DNA of 64,000 nt from Bacteroidia bacterium. Its GTDB lineage: Bacteria; Bacteroidota; Bacteroidia; M30B66. The notes under the pieces are model-generated. The model was not told the DNA's origin. It did no database searches and saw only the letters and a program-made list of their open reading frames with translations. Positions 1-11,254 of the stretch are shown here, piece by piece; position 1 is the first letter of the stretch; each line of letters starts with the position of its first letter. Location: assembly GCA_965279035.1 (NCBI GenBank), contig OZ257142.1, forward strand, positions 3,488,001 through 3,552,000, in the 5' to 3' direction. The position numbers and the translations under genes were made by a program.

Positions 1-728
1 TAAGTTTCAAATTGTCCGCGATGATTTATGCCAGGAATGGTGATTTTTTGCATCTCTGAAATTCCACTTGGACTTAATAAACCTATGAAATATTCATCTT
101 CAAAAATCCCAGGTTTTATGAGCCACCAATCGCGTCCATTTGCATGTCGACAAGCTTGCATATCGCCCGAAGCGGAAGTGTCGTTCATCACAACATTATT
201 CTGGCTTATTAGAGCACGATTTGGGACATCTAAGTATGCATAAGTAAAAACAACATCTGCCTTAGGAACATTAGAATTAAAATTAGCAGCCTTAAATTGA
301 CCATAAAATAAATATGCACGATCAGGATTGCCCGGATCATTTAAAAACAATGGACCAAGTGAATTAAGAATGCTTGATGTATCAGGATTATCAGCTGGCC
401 ATGGAACCCAATTGAAATACAGTCGGTACGATAAAACGTTTCCTAAATTATCAACCAATCGCCATCCATTCGATGCAAAAACAAAATTTCCATCCGCATC
501 AGAATATGCAGCTCGACTGTAATAGGTGGATAAACCCAAATCTAAGGGTTCAATTATTTCTTCCAAATTATCATCATTAAACTTAAAAACTACATTGGCG
601 TATGGAGGTAAGCAATCGCCTGCACCAGGGACTTGGTCACAGTTGCCATTAACCAAATTATCAGCCTGCCTTTGAGCCCAAACATTACTTATCCAAAAAG
701 TCATCAAGAACAAAAAACTACTTCGCAT
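1..728 (-). CDS. T9SS-pair partner protein, runs off the window start (paralog of 3615-5159, 12663-14201, 16566-18059)
   Basis: Manual translation from ATG at 728: MRSSFLFLMTFWISNVWAQRQADN...FASNGWRLV...CRHANGRDWWLIKPG. Same motifs as the paralogs. Absent from the ORF track because it has no stop in the window. Confidence 0.85.
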   Translation of the reverse strand, partial: MRSSFLFLMTFWISNVWAQRQADNLVNGNCDQVPGAGDCLPPYANVVFKFNDDNLEEIIEPLDLGLSTYYSRAAYSDADGNFVFASNGWRLVDNLGNVLSYRLYFNWVPWPADNPDTSSILNSLGPLFLNDPGNPDRAYLFYGQFKAANFNSNVPKADVVFTYAYLDVPNRALISQNNVVMNDTSASGDMQACRHANGRDWWLIKPGIFEDEYFIGLLSPSGISEMQKITIPGINHRGQFET

Positions 729-1447
729 AAACCAATTTTTTATATTCAATACGTCCATTGAAAGGAAATGAAATCTGCAAAGTATAAATTCCTTGTGCTA
801 ATTCATTATTCATAAAATCAAGTAAGAATTGATTTCCTGAATCTCTTTTTCTTAGTACAATTTGACCTAGTGAGTTAAATAAAATCAATTCCTTTATCTC
901 ATCAATCCCTTTAGACCCTGTATATACCATAAATACCGATTTGGAAGGATTAGGATAAACTATACATTCTTCTAAAGTCTCTGTAGAATCAGAATGTTGC
1001 TGAGCCATGCGATAAGCATAGCCCTGTTCTGAACAAAGTGAATCATCATAAAAAACTAAAGTGTCGTTAAACAAAGTAAGCATTGCTCGAGCTTTATAAA
1101 CTGCTGGTCCTCCAGCTACAGGGCATAATGATGCAATGTTTTCAATTACTTGCTCTTGTTCAGGAAGATAATACATTAATTCAGCATTTAAACGCTTTAT
1201 CTCAATTGTATTTAACTCCTGATCGTATAATTCATAATGTTTATTTGAAACGATTCGATTATTCATTGATGTTATTGAATCTCTCTGAATTTGAGAAGCA
1301 GTTTGCAATGTTTGAGTTAAAACGTTGATTTGATTTTGTTTTGCAAGATGTATTTCAAATAGCTCTTGACGTTCGACATCTAGTATAGATCCTAAAGTAT
1401 CCTCATTTGATGTAAATAAACTATCAAGCAAATTAACTTGTTGTAAT
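718..1447 (-). pseudogene. C-terminal fragment of a large T9SS type A-sorted protein, truncated by IS3
   Basis: CP..GG.AV..AR motif and YPNP...G.Y CTD as in the 2626 aa protein. The listed N-terminus (1448-1485) is IS3 sequence. Confidence 0.8.
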
Positions 1448-1529
1448 TGTAAATCGTCAGCATAAAGTGGACTAAATATAGTCAAAACTAAGAGAGTGTT
1501 TCTAAGTTATATTTTTAATTTTAACAACC

Positions 1530-1883
1530 ATGGAAACAAAGAAAAAACAAACGACCGAGAATTACATTAAAGAAATCCGCAGAAAGACAAGAAGAATTTT
1601 CAGTTCAGAACAGAAGATCCAGATAGTTATGGAGGCATTGCGTGCTGAATTGTCAGTAGCAGAATTGTGTAGGAAGTATTCTATACAGGAGAGTCAATTT
1701 TATAAATGGAATAAGGAGTTTTTGGAAGCAGGTAAGAAGCGTCTCTCCGGTGATGTAACCCGCGAAGCTACGAGTGATGAAGTGTCAGAGCTTCGCAAAG
1801 AAAATCAGCGCTTAAAGGAAATGGTCGCTGATTTGGTTTTGCGCTATGACATTGTAAAAAAAAGCTTGTCCATGCTGGATTAA
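1530..1883 (+). CDS. IS3 transposase OrfA (HTH)
   Basis: HTH_Tnp_1-like sequence; A-run at ~1856-1863 is a candidate -1 frameshift site. Confidence 0.9.
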   Translation: METKKKQTTENYIKEIRRKTRRIFSSEQKIQIVMEALRAELSVAELCRKYSIQESQFYKWNKEFLEAGKKRLSGDVTREATSDEVSELRKENQRLKEMVADLVLRYDIVKKSLSMLD

Positions 1884-1903
1884 CTGTAAAACTGAAAAAA
1901 TAT

Positions 1904-2920
1904 ATGCGTTTTACAGCATCCGAAAAGCAGGAACTCATCGATCTCGTTGTTCAATCTGAAATTGGTGTCAATCGCACCTTACGTGAAATAGGGCTTAATA
2001 AGAGCACATTTTACAAATGGTATAAATCATATGCTGACAACGGCGTTGATGGCTTAAATCCAAGCAAGCGGGTTTTAAAAAGGCAATGGAATAGTATTCC
2101 ACAACAGCAAAAGAATCTTGTAGTAGATCTTGCTTTGAATTATCCTGAATTATCATCTCGTGAACTTGCTTTTAAGCTAACTGATGAGCAACAGATTTTC
2201 ATTTCAGAATCGAGCGTTTATCGCATTTTGAAATCGAGAGGCTTAATCAATTCACCAGCCCATATTTTCATTTCAGCAGCCGATGAATTTTCTAAGAAAA
2301 CAGGATTTGTTCATCAAATGTGGCAAACAGACTTTACTTACTTTAAAATCATTGGTTGGGGCTGGTATTATTTAAGTACCATCTTAGATGATTACAGCCG
2401 ATATATTGTGCATTGGGAACTCTGTTCTGGGATGAAAGTTGAAGATGTAAAAAGAACCGTTGATAGAGCCATTAAAAAGGCCAAATTACTGTCAAAGCCT
2501 CGTCCCAAACTATTATCGGATAATGGTTCATGTTATATTGCTGCGGAACTCAGTGCTTACCTTAAGCAAAACCATGAGATAGATCAAATACACGGTAGGC
2601 CTTTTCATCCTCAAACACAAGGTAAAATAGAACGTTATCATCGTACAATGAAAAACGTGGTTAAGCTAAATCACTATTATTGTCCGGAAGAACTTGAAGA
2701 TGCCCTGGGAAAATTTGTTGATAATTACAATAACCAACGTTATCATGAATCATTGCAAAACCTAACTCCTGCTGATATATACTATGGAAGAGGTGATCAA
2801 ATCCTTAAAGAAAGAAAACGCTTAAAACACGAAGCATTAAACTCAAGAAGAATGGAATATGAGATGATAAAATCTAAACTCAAATCACAAAATCAAAATT
2901 TAAATCTAATTTTGATTTGA
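1904..2920 (+). CDS. IS3 transposase OrfB (DDE/rve)
   Basis: WQTDFT, SDNGS, GKIERYH integrase-core motifs. Confidence 0.93.
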   Translation: MRFTASEKQELIDLVVQSEIGVNRTLREIGLNKSTFYKWYKSYADNGVDGLNPSKRVLKRQWNSIPQQQKNLVVDLALNYPELSSRELAFKLTDEQQIFISESSVYRILKSRGLINSPAHIFISAADEFSKKTGFVHQMWQTDFTYFKIIGWGWYYLSTILDDYSRYIVHWELCSGMKVEDVKRTVDRAIKKAKLLSKPRPKLLSDNGSCYIAAELSAYLKQNHEIDQIHGRPFHPQTQGKIERYHRTMKNVVKLNHYYCPEELEDALGKFVDNYNNQRYHESLQNLTPADIYYGRGDQILKERKRLKHEALNSRRMEYEMIKSKLKSQNQNLNLILI

Positions 2921-2969
2921 TAATGAAATAATCTCTAAGTAAAAGTCCACTTTTGTTTGAAGACATACA

Positions 2970-3607
2970 CCCTCCAAAATGATATCAATACATTGGCTTC
3001 TAGTTTAACAAATATTCATAGCAATTATATTTCAATGAAGGCAGCTAGTAATGAAAGTGCTAAGCAAGTAAATATTGCCATTACTCCTGTTAACTTTATG
3101 GAATATTTAGAAAAGAAAATCAATGTATATAATCACTTATATAATAGAGTATCGTTTGTTGAATTTAATGAATCTGAAAAAAACATAATTGATTCTATTG
3201 CTTCAGTTTGCCCACTACTGGGCGGAAATGCTGTTTTCCTCGCTAGAAGTATTCAATTTTCATACAATGACAGTATTTTTTACGATGATTTGCTTTTGTG
3301 CAATCAACAAGGTGTTTACAATCGTATGTCAAATAAAGACAGCATTTATGAATTGAAAGAAGAGCATTTTGTAGTTTATCCAAATCCTACAAATGGTGAA
3401 TTGAATATATATTTAAGCTCAGGGGATAAATACTCAATACGAATCTTTAATTTATTAGGTCTATTAATAATAGAAGAATTTGATTTGAAATTAAAAGCAA
3501 CAATACATTTAGACAAAGAAAATATTGCAAATGGCTCTTACATTCTATTCCTTGAAAATAAATTAACGGGGAAAATAGAGCGTAAAAAAATCAATTTCAA
3601 TCATTGA
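2970..3607 (+). pseudogene. C-terminal fragment of a large T9SS-sorted protein, truncated by IS3
   Basis: Near-identical to ~12018-12655; the ORF-track start lies inside the IS end. Confidence 0.85.
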
Positions 3608-3614
3608 ATTTAAA

Positions 3615-5159
3615 ATGAAAATCAAAATGTGTAGTACAAAAATTATTTTTTGTTTTTTTTCTGTCATATTATCATTGTCGCTCACAGCACAGCGTCAATC
3701 TGATGTTTTGGTAATGGGTAATTGTTTTTATAGTATACCATCTGAAGCTCCTGCTTCAAATTTTTTATTAGTATTTAATGAAGATAGTTTGGAATATATC
3801 GACAATAATACTCCAATAGTTCTATCTAATTTTTATAGTCGAGCATCCTATTCAGACAAACATGGAAATATAAAATTTGCCTCCAATGGTTGGCGATTGG
3901 TAAATAGTTATGGAGAAGTATTGTCCTATAAATTATGGAGTGATAGTATTGTATGGCCTGGAGGATCACCAGATACAACTCGAGTAGATTTATCTAAAGG
4001 ACCTTTGTTTCTTGAAGATCCATCTGATAGCAATCGAGTATATTTATTTTATGGACAATATTTAAGTGGTATCCCATCATCAATAGGGATGCTAAATCAA
4101 GATATATTATTTTCTTATGCAATTTTAGATGTATCGTCACAGAGTATGATAAGTAATAATCATATATTATTAAGTGATACAACATCCATTTCGGATGCTG
4201 TGGCTGTTCGCCATGGGAATGGTCGCGACTGGTGGATTATAAAGCCCGGAGTATTATCTAATGAATATTATATTGGATTATTGGATATCAATGGGGTAAC
4301 TCCTATGCAACATGTCTTTATTGAAGGATTAGAGCCGCACAATCAAACTTACACTAGTTCACATTTTAGTCAAGATGGTAATCACTTTATTCATTTTTCT
4401 GGTTTTGGCCCTAAATGGGTTCAGCGAATGGATTTTGATCGTTGCACTGGAATTTTTAGTAACCCTCAAGAGAAGGATATTAGTTCTCTATTTAGACCTG
4501 CCGACTTATCTAACTTTATTCCAAGCCCTGATCTTACAAAATTTTATGGTTATCGTTTAAATTACAATGATAGTAATTATATTACAGGAACTTACCAATA
4601 TGACTTTAATACTGATTCTTTAACTTTCATTTATCCAGATGCAGGTATTTCTTTAATATCGCCTAATTATAATAATTTATTTATTTTCGATGTTTTTGAT
4701 TATAATCAACCATATGAAAATATGTATTTCAGCACTATTAACCAACCAAATGAACCTGGTAATTCATGCGAAATCCAAACCTTTAGATACAATATTGAAA
4801 ATGCACCATTTATAGTTTCAGCTCCCAACATAGTTAATTATCGTCTTGGGCCATTCGTTGGCAGCGCTTGTGATCCTTTAGCTATAGAAGATAAGTTATT
4901 CAATAAAACAAAAAATATCCGTTTAGAACTATTTCCCAATCCAGCAAATAGTCAATTGCATTTACGCTTAAATGATCCCCAACATGATTATTCAATTCGA
5001 TTGTTTAATTCAATTGGTGAATTGGTGTATTCAACTCAATTAAGCAATGGTCTTTTGGATATTGATTTAACTAGTTTATCATTAGGTTCAGGTGTGTATG
5101 TTATTGAGTTATCAAATTCAATTATCATAAAGCGGGAGAAAATATTGATTGCTAATTGA
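3615..5159 (+). CDS. T9SS type A-sorted partner protein (possible beta-propeller)
   Basis: Signal peptide, RHGNGRDWW motif, C-terminal FPNP...G.Y CTD. Confidence 0.85.
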   Translation: MKIKMCSTKIIFCFFSVILSLSLTAQRQSDVLVMGNCFYSIPSEAPASNFLLVFNEDSLEYIDNNTPIVLSNFYSRASYSDKHGNIKFASNGWRLVNSYGEVLSYKLWSDSIVWPGGSPDTTRVDLSKGPLFLEDPSDSNRVYLFYGQYLSGIPSSIGMLNQDILFSYAILDVSSQSMISNNHILLSDTTSISDAVAVRHGNGRDWWIIKPGVLSNEYYIGLLDINGVTPMQHVFIEGLEPHNQTYTSSHFSQDGNHFIHFSGFGPKWVQRMDFDRCTGIFSNPQEKDISSLFRPADLSNFIPSPDLTKFYGYRLNYNDSNYITGTYQYDFNTDSLTFIYPDAGISLISPNYNNLFIFDVFDYNQPYENMYFSTINQPNEPGNSCEIQTFRYNIENAPFIVSAPNIVNYRLGPFVGSACDPLAIEDKLFNKTKNIRLELFPNPANSQLHLRLNDPQHDYSIRLFNSIGELVYSTQLSNGLLDIDLTSLSLGSGVYVIELSNSIIIKREKILIAN

Positions 5160-5289
5160 ATTTATACATAACCCAATAATTGAATGATCATAGTGCTTAT
5201 TGTATTGCAGTATGCTGATTACAAAGTGTTGCATAACCTTTAGACTTGCAGTCAAAGATTTTAGCTGATAAATTTACCATAAATAAATG

Positions 5290-5440
5290 TAGTTAACCGA
5301 AAGCAGGGCGACCTATGCGCTAACAAGGATAATAGGCCTATGGAACGATATAGTGCCCTACTTTCTGGTTATTTAAGCCTCAGATAGATATTCGGGATTC
5401 AGGCCCATTATAAAGGTTTTGAGGTACAAATAACCATTGG
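5290..5440 (+). ncRNA. Putative IS110 bridge RNA (target-binding and donor-binding loops)
   Basis: Stems agggc/gccct and cctca/tgagg enclose guides gcgctaac, ggaacg, atagatat and taaagg that match the target and donor; ends approximate. Confidence 0.8.
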
Positions 5441-5467
5441 TTAATCCGTTTTGCTAATTATAAAATT

Positions 5468-6481
5468 ATGAATTCAAACCAGAACAACCAAAAACATTTT
5501 GTAGGAACAGATGTTTCAAAAGAAACACTTGATGTAACGATCTTTTTCAACTCCTCAATGCATTTTCATCAGCAATTTTCAAATGACAGCAAGGGCTTTA
5601 AGCAATTGCTGAAATGGCTAGAAACCTATCCTGAATTCAGTTTTGAAAATACTTTATTCTGCATGGAACATACAGGAATTTACACTCGTCAGTTTGTTGA
5701 ATTCCTCCTTTCGAAAGAAGCAAAGGTATGGATGGAGTCGGCACTGCATTTAAAGCGTTCTATGGGCATGACAAGGGGCAAAAGTGATAAGATCGATTCA
5801 CTGCGAATTGCACGCTATGCAATGACTCATCAGGACCAAGCCAGGCTCGTAAATCTTTCCAATAAAACATTGTTGCTTATCAAAGACCTTATGAGTGCAA
5901 GAGAGCGGAGTAAAAAGGCCTACCAGTCCATAAAAGTCTCCATTGATGAAATGCAAAGAGTCGATGCAGCAACAGCAAAAGAGCTCTTGAGGATTAATAA
6001 ACCAGCCCTTTCTGGATTATTGAAAAGCAAGATGGCGTTGGAAAAACGGATGATGGAATTAATAGCGATGGATCCTGAACTGAACGAGCTATTTGAGCTG
6101 GTTACTTCTGTCAAAGGTGTGGGTAATGTATTGGCAACCGAACTGATTGTTTATACACATGCATTTAAAAGAATGGATGAAGCCAAACAACTGGCCTGCT
6201 ATTGCGGAGTCGCTCCTTTTTCTCATACTTCCGGCACGAGTGTGCATGGAAGAAATGGAACTTCAAACTTTGCTAACATGGGACTTAAATCAACTTTACA
6301 CTTGGCTGCACTTTCTTCAATTCGTTACGTACCTGAGCTTAAAACATATTATCAGAGGAAAGTAGCTGAGGGAAAATCCAAAATGAGCGTAATTAATGCC
6401 GTGCGGAATAAACTGTTGCAACGTGTCTTAGCAGTGGTAAAAAGAGGAACGCCTTACCAAGAAAATTATCAAGTAAATTAA
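5468..6481 (+). CDS. IS110 DEDD recombinase/transposase
   Basis: GTDVSK, MEHTG, KSDKIDS (DEDD) and C-terminal TSG serine motif. Confidence 0.95.
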   Translation: MNSNQNNQKHFVGTDVSKETLDVTIFFNSSMHFHQQFSNDSKGFKQLLKWLETYPEFSFENTLFCMEHTGIYTRQFVEFLLSKEAKVWMESALHLKRSMGMTRGKSDKIDSLRIARYAMTHQDQARLVNLSNKTLLLIKDLMSARERSKKAYQSIKVSIDEMQRVDAATAKELLRINKPALSGLLKSKMALEKRMMELIAMDPELNELFELVTSVKGVGNVLATELIVYTHAFKRMDEAKQLACYCGVAPFSHTSGTSVHGRNGTSNFANMGLKSTLHLAALSSIRYVPELKTYYQRKVAEGKSKMSVINAVRNKLLQRVLAVVKRGTPYQENYQVN

Positions 6482-6501
6482 TTTGGAAAACTCATAGATA
6501 T

Positions 6502-6624
6502 CGTTCCGCACACACCTGAAGAGCCAAATGAGGTGAACGAAATGCTTTAGATTAGACGAATATAACAAGAAAAACGGATGCCTCACACCACCGAAATGCT
6601 TGGCTTTGCTGGTGTGTGCTGTTA
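6502..6624. repeat. attC-like repeat 1 (family B), interrupted by IS110; its TAAC is at 5234-5237
   Basis: gttcc-gcacacacc...ggtgtgtgc-t-gtta. Confidence 0.85.
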
Positions 6625-6929
6625 TGCGACGCTTTGTTTTCAAAATGCCCTTATAATTGATTTTGAATATACTGATTTTACTCTACTGGAAGTTCAAGTG
6701 ATAAGTGCAAATTTACTTTTAAAATTTTCAAAGTAGTAAAAGAAATTATACTTCGATATTTTGTAAAAATGATTTGTAATTGAATAGAACTAAATTAAAT
6801 ATTTCAAATAAATGAACACAAAAATGCTATACATAATATATGTATAAAAGATCAAATGACTTTTAAAAGATTTACAAAAGTTTAATACCAGGAAATTTGG
6901 ATTCTAAAAATATTGAATATATATTCACC

Positions 6930-8300
6930 CACACCCGTCCAAGACGTTTGTATAACGAAAATACAATCCTGATTTGATGCGAGATTACTCATCAAAGAAC
7001 GCTCTTTTGAAAATTAAACCCTCTATAATTTAAAAAAGGGACATTTGTAATTCCAGTTTATCAATTTCGTCATCATCTAAAAAGGGTTTATCAAGCCATT
7101 TTTTGAGGTCAATTTTCACAAAGAGATTTAATCGAATAAAGGACACCAAATTTGAGAGGTGCCAAGAGTGTTTTGCTTCCTTTTGAAGTGTCTTTAAAAG
7201 CAGTATGGTGATTAGTGCTGTCCAAATCTGTATCAGAACAGCATTCATGCTGGTTCCTATGAAAGACTTGATTTTCAGGTGTGTTTTGATCTCCTTGAAG
7301 AACGATTCGATGCTCCATCTACGTTTATATAGTTCTGAAATGGTCGATGCTGTCCAAGAAAAATTGTTTGTAAGAAGTTCAAGATATATCTGTTGTTCTT
7401 CATCCCAGATCTGAACCATTCGGAGCTTTTGCGGGTATTTTTCTTTTGATTGAGGTAAACTCAAAAAGCCTTTCCAGTCGTATTGCAAGTCTGGATTTGC
7501 TTCATCGGTTGGGCTCTTAGTTCGCTCATAAAGTTCAAACTGAATGTTTTCTTTTCCTCGAATAACAAAGAATACTCCTTGTTCATCTAATTTTCTCATC
7601 CAGTTAAAATCGACATATCCTCTATCAGCTACAACAATGCTTCCTGTGGGAAATTCAATATCATGTGCTGCATTTACATCGTGCTTTTTGCCATCACTCA
7701 AATCAGCAAAAACGGGCATACAGCCGTCAAAGTCAAGGACTGTGTGAAGTTTTATAGCTCCCTTCTTCTTTCGAAATAGTGCCCAGTCGAACACTTTAAG
7801 ACAAAGGTCAATCGTGGTTGAATCGAGCAGATAGATTTTACGTTTGGGAAGCAGCTTTCGGCTTGTTTTTAAGGTTGATTCAAACTGCTCATACAAGTTA
7901 AAATACATCGCTTGAAACAGCTCCCAGTTGCGATGTTGGTTATTATATGCCAACGATGATCGCCTCATGGCTTTTGACACTCCCAGATGATTTAAATCGC
8001 CTGTTGCTGATCGCATTCCATTGCAAACGTCATTTAAGCTATTAGACTTGGAAAACTGGCAAAAAACCATTGTCACAAAGTGAGACCAAGCATCATTGCC
8101 TTTACAATGTTTATTGGACTCAAACTTTTCTACTAGTTTATTGAAAGAATCTCGCTTAATTTTTTGGAATATCTGAGCAAATAATGTGATCTTCATGCCG
8201 GAGTTGGTTTATGTTTTTGTGTCGTAACTCAAACATACCGGATTTAATCCGGACCAACTCTATTTTTTTACCCTATTTTAAAACGTCTTGGACGGGTGTG
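6930..8300 (-). mobile_element. IS4-family insertion sequence
   Basis: Perfect 20 bp TIR cacacccgtccaagacgttt; 9 bp TSD atattcacc at 6921-6929 and 8301-8309. Confidence 0.95.
7030..8196 (-). CDS. IS4-family DDE transposase
   Basis: LLDST, VADRGY, YKRRWSIESFFK (YREK) motifs. Confidence 0.93.
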   Translation of the reverse strand: MKITLFAQIFQKIKRDSFNKLVEKFESNKHCKGNDAWSHFVTMVFCQFSKSNSLNDVCNGMRSATGDLNHLGVSKAMRRSSLAYNNQHRNWELFQAMYFNLYEQFESTLKTSRKLLPKRKIYLLDSTTIDLCLKVFDWALFRKKKGAIKLHTVLDFDGCMPVFADLSDGKKHDVNAAHDIEFPTGSIVVADRGYVDFNWMRKLDEQGVFFVIRGKENIQFELYERTKSPTDEANPDLQYDWKGFLSLPQSKEKYPQKLRMVQIWDEEQQIYLELLTNNFSWTASTISELYKRRWSIESFFKEIKTHLKIKSFIGTSMNAVLIQIWTALITILLLKTLQKEAKHSWHLSNLVSFIRLNLFVKIDLKKWLDKPFLDDDEIDKLELQMSLF

Positions 8301-8376
8301 ATATTCACCATACAAAATATTAAATGAATCGGCTCAAATAGATTCATTCTTTCCAGTAAATTTTAATTAATAGCTT

Positions 8377-9732
8377 ATGAATAACATTTACTCTTTCGAA
8401 AAAACATCAAAAGAATTTTACCTTGCTTGTAAAATTATTAGTTTCTTATTCTTAATGTTTTTAATTCATGATCCATTATCTGCTCAATCTAGTAATCCAA
8501 CTTTGACATGTAACTGGTCTCAATCTAACAATATTTCTGATTGTAATAATTTACTTTATCCATGTGTAAGCAATATTTCTGCAACTATTACTTATACTGA
8601 TTTCCCGGAGAATACTCAAATTAATTTCAATTTTCCAAATTCTTTTCATGTTGATATAACAGGGGCAATTAGTGTTGATGCGCCTGAAGCAATTAATGAT
8701 GGGCAATTTTATAATATTAATTCAATTGTAAGTGGCTCTGGAAGTTTAAATGTAAACCTGCAATTTCTTAATTGCAATTCAAATGGACCTGAAGTTATAA
8801 ATTTTAATAATTTAAGTTTTGATTGTTATGCGCCTTCGATTGGTCAGAATGGTTTAGAATCAGAATTTACTGGTCAAAATTTATCGATAGTTCCTGCGCC
8901 AAATACAATATTTACTTATACTTATGGAGGTCTTCCTTTTGAAATTATTAGTTGTAATAATTGTAATACTAGTTTAACCGCTCCTGGTTCAATAACAAGA
9001 AGTATTACTATTAAAGTTAATGCACCTCAAATTACTAATCTACTTTTTTCATATTCCGATGAAGCAGATGTGACTGAATCTTCTTTTGCTTTAAATGGTA
9101 ATGCAATAGTTAATTATATTGATTTAAATGGCATTCAGGTTGATGGTAACTGTGATAGGATTTTTAGTTTAACGCAGGATGTTGATGTGCAATGTGAAAA
9201 TTTTAGTGGTATTGGAAGTGTAAATATTTCTTTACCTTGTGGTGAATGTCAACCTTATTCCATATCAAATACTTTAAATGCGAGTATTAATTTGAATAAT
9301 CCTAATTTTTACATTACAAATACATTACAACAAGAAAATAATATTCTTGATGGATGCCCTGGTACTTATACAAATACTTATGTATTCCATAATATAAATC
9401 ATATTCCAATTAAAATTACGAATATTCAAGTTCCTCTAAATACAGGACTTTATTATATTTTAAATACCAAAGTAAATGGAATAGTAGTTGATTTCATTGA
9501 TACTTTAACTTTAATTGATGTTGGATATAATGATTTTACGCTTGTTTATGAATTAGGATTAAATTGTGAATATTATAAAAACTGTTCTCATCCAGTAAAT
9601 TATTTGAATCCTGAATCTGGAGAAATAAATATTTCATTTCAAAAAAATTGCACTGATACAATAACTTCACTTAATGTAGATTACACACCAATTTTAGGAC
9701 TGAATTATGCTTCAACTTTATTAGGTGGTGCA
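8377..9732 (+). pseudogene. N-terminal fragment of a large secreted protein, interrupted by IS3
   Basis: Signal peptide; LYPC...FPNSF similar to the N-terminus of the 2626 aa protein; reads into the IS3 end. Confidence 0.75.
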
Positions 9733-9781
9733 TGTATGTCTTCAAACAAAAGTGGACTTTTACTTAGAGAGTATTTCATTA

Positions 9782-10798
9782 TCAAATCAAAATTAGATTT
9801 AAATTTTGATTTTGTGATTTGAGTTTAGATTTTATCATCTCATATTCCATTCTTCTTGAGTTTAATGCTTCGTGTTTTAAGCGTTTTCTTTCTTTAAGGA
9901 TTTGATCACCTCTTCCATAGTATATATCAGCAGGAGTTAGGTTTTGCAATGATTCATGATAACGTTGGTTATTGTAATTATCAACAAATTTTCCCAGGGC
10001 ATCTTCAAGTTCTTCCGGACAATAATAGTGATTTAGCTTAACCACGTTTTTCATTGTACGATGATAACGTTCTATTTTACCTTGTGTTTGAGGATGAAAA
10101 GGCCTACCGTGTATTTGATCTATCTCATGGTTTTGCTTAAGGTAAGCACTGAGTTCCGCAGCAATATAACATGAACCATTATCCGATAATAGTTTGGGAC
10201 GAGGCTTTGACAGTAATTTGGCCTTTTTAATGGCTCTATCAACGGTTCTTTTTACATCTTCAACTTTCATCCCAGAACAGAGTTCCCAATGCACAATATA
10301 TCGGCTGTAATCATCTAAGATGGTACTTAAATAATACCAGCCCCAACCAATGATTTTAAAGTAAGTAAAGTCTGTTTGCCACATTTGATGAACAAATCCT
10401 GTTTTCTTAGAAAATTCATCGGCTGCTGAAATGAAAATATGGGCTGGTGAATTGATTAAGCCTCTCGATTTCAAAATGCGATAAACGCTCGATTCTGAAA
10501 TGAAAATCTGTTGCTCATCAGTTAGCTTAAAAGCAAGTTCACGAGATGATAATTCAGGATAATTCAAAGCAAGATCTACTACAAGATTCTTTTGCTGTTG
10601 TGGAATACTATTCCATTGCCTTTTTAAAACCCGCTTGCTTGGATTTAAGCCATCAACGCCGTTGTCAGCATATGATTTATACCATTTGTAAAATGTGCTC
10701 TTATTAAGCCCTATTTCACGTAAGGTGCGATTGACACCAATTTCAGATTGAACAACGAGATCGATGAGTTCCTGCTTTTCGGATGCTGTAAAACGCAT
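9782..10798 (-). CDS. IS3 transposase OrfB
   Basis: Identical to 1904-2920. Confidence 0.93.
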   Translation of the reverse strand: MRFTASEKQELIDLVVQSEIGVNRTLREIGLNKSTFYKWYKSYADNGVDGLNPSKRVLKRQWNSIPQQQKNLVVDLALNYPELSSRELAFKLTDEQQIFISESSVYRILKSRGLINSPAHIFISAADEFSKKTGFVHQMWQTDFTYFKIIGWGWYYLSTILDDYSRYIVHWELCSGMKVEDVKRTVDRAIKKAKLLSKPRPKLLSDNGSCYIAAELSAYLKQNHEIDQIHGRPFHPQTQGKIERYHRTMKNVVKLNHYYCPEELEDALGKFVDNYNNQRYHESLQNLTPADIYYGRGDQILKERKRLKHEALNSRRMEYEMIKSKLKSQNQNLNLILI

Positions 10799-10818
10799 AT
10801 ATTTTTTCAGTTTTACAG

Positions 10819-11172
10819 TTAATCCAGCATGGACAAGCTTTTTTTTACAATGTCATAGCGCAAAACCAAATCAGCGACCATTTCCTTTAAGCGCTGATTT
10901 TCTTTGCGAAGCTCTGACACTTCATCACTCGTAGCTTCGCGGGTTACATCACCGGAGAGACGCTTCTTACCTGCTTCCAAAAACTCCTTATTCCATTTAT
11001 AAAATTGACTCTCCTGTATAGAATACTTCCTACACAATTCTGCTACTGACAATTCAGCACGCAATGCCTCCATAACTATCTGGATCTTCTGTTCTGAACT
11101 GAAAATTCTTCTTGTCTTTCTGCGGATTTCTTTAATGTAATTCTCGGTCGTTTGTTTTTTCTTTGTTTCCAT
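10819..11172 (-). CDS. IS3 transposase OrfA
   Basis: Identical to 1530-1883. Confidence 0.9.
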   Translation of the reverse strand: METKKKQTTENYIKEIRRKTRRIFSSEQKIQIVMEALRAELSVAELCRKYSIQESQFYKWNKEFLEAGKKRLSGDVTREATSDEVSELRKENQRLKEMVADLVLRYDIVKKSLSMLD

Positions 11173-11254
11173 GGTTGTTAAAATTAAAAATATAACTTAG
11201 AAACACTCTCTTAGTTTTGACTATATTTAGTCCACTTTATGCTGACGATTTACA

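Larger units (their letters stand above)
1448..2969 (+). mobile_element. IS3-family insertion sequence, copy 1 (1522 bp)
   Basis: TG...CA ends, IRs tgtaaatcgtcagcataaagtggac / tgtatgtcttcaaacaaaagtggac, orfA+orfB, no target duplication. Confidence 0.92.
5238..6502 (+). mobile_element. IS110-family element, copy 1 (1265 bp), inserted in a repeat at TAAC|GTTCC
   Basis: Same ends in all three copies (ctttagac...gatatc); removing it restores taacgttccgcacacac; no TSD or TIR. Confidence 0.93.
9733..11254 (-). mobile_element. IS3-family insertion sequence, copy 2 (1522 bp)
   Basis: Inverted copy of 1448-2969 with identical proteins; flanks gca/gcc, no TSD. Confidence 0.92.

Noticed and set aside
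5920-6365. Small ORFs inside IS110, IS4 and other long genes
   Set aside because: Shadow ORFs overlapping well-supported CDSs, with no recognisable motifs.
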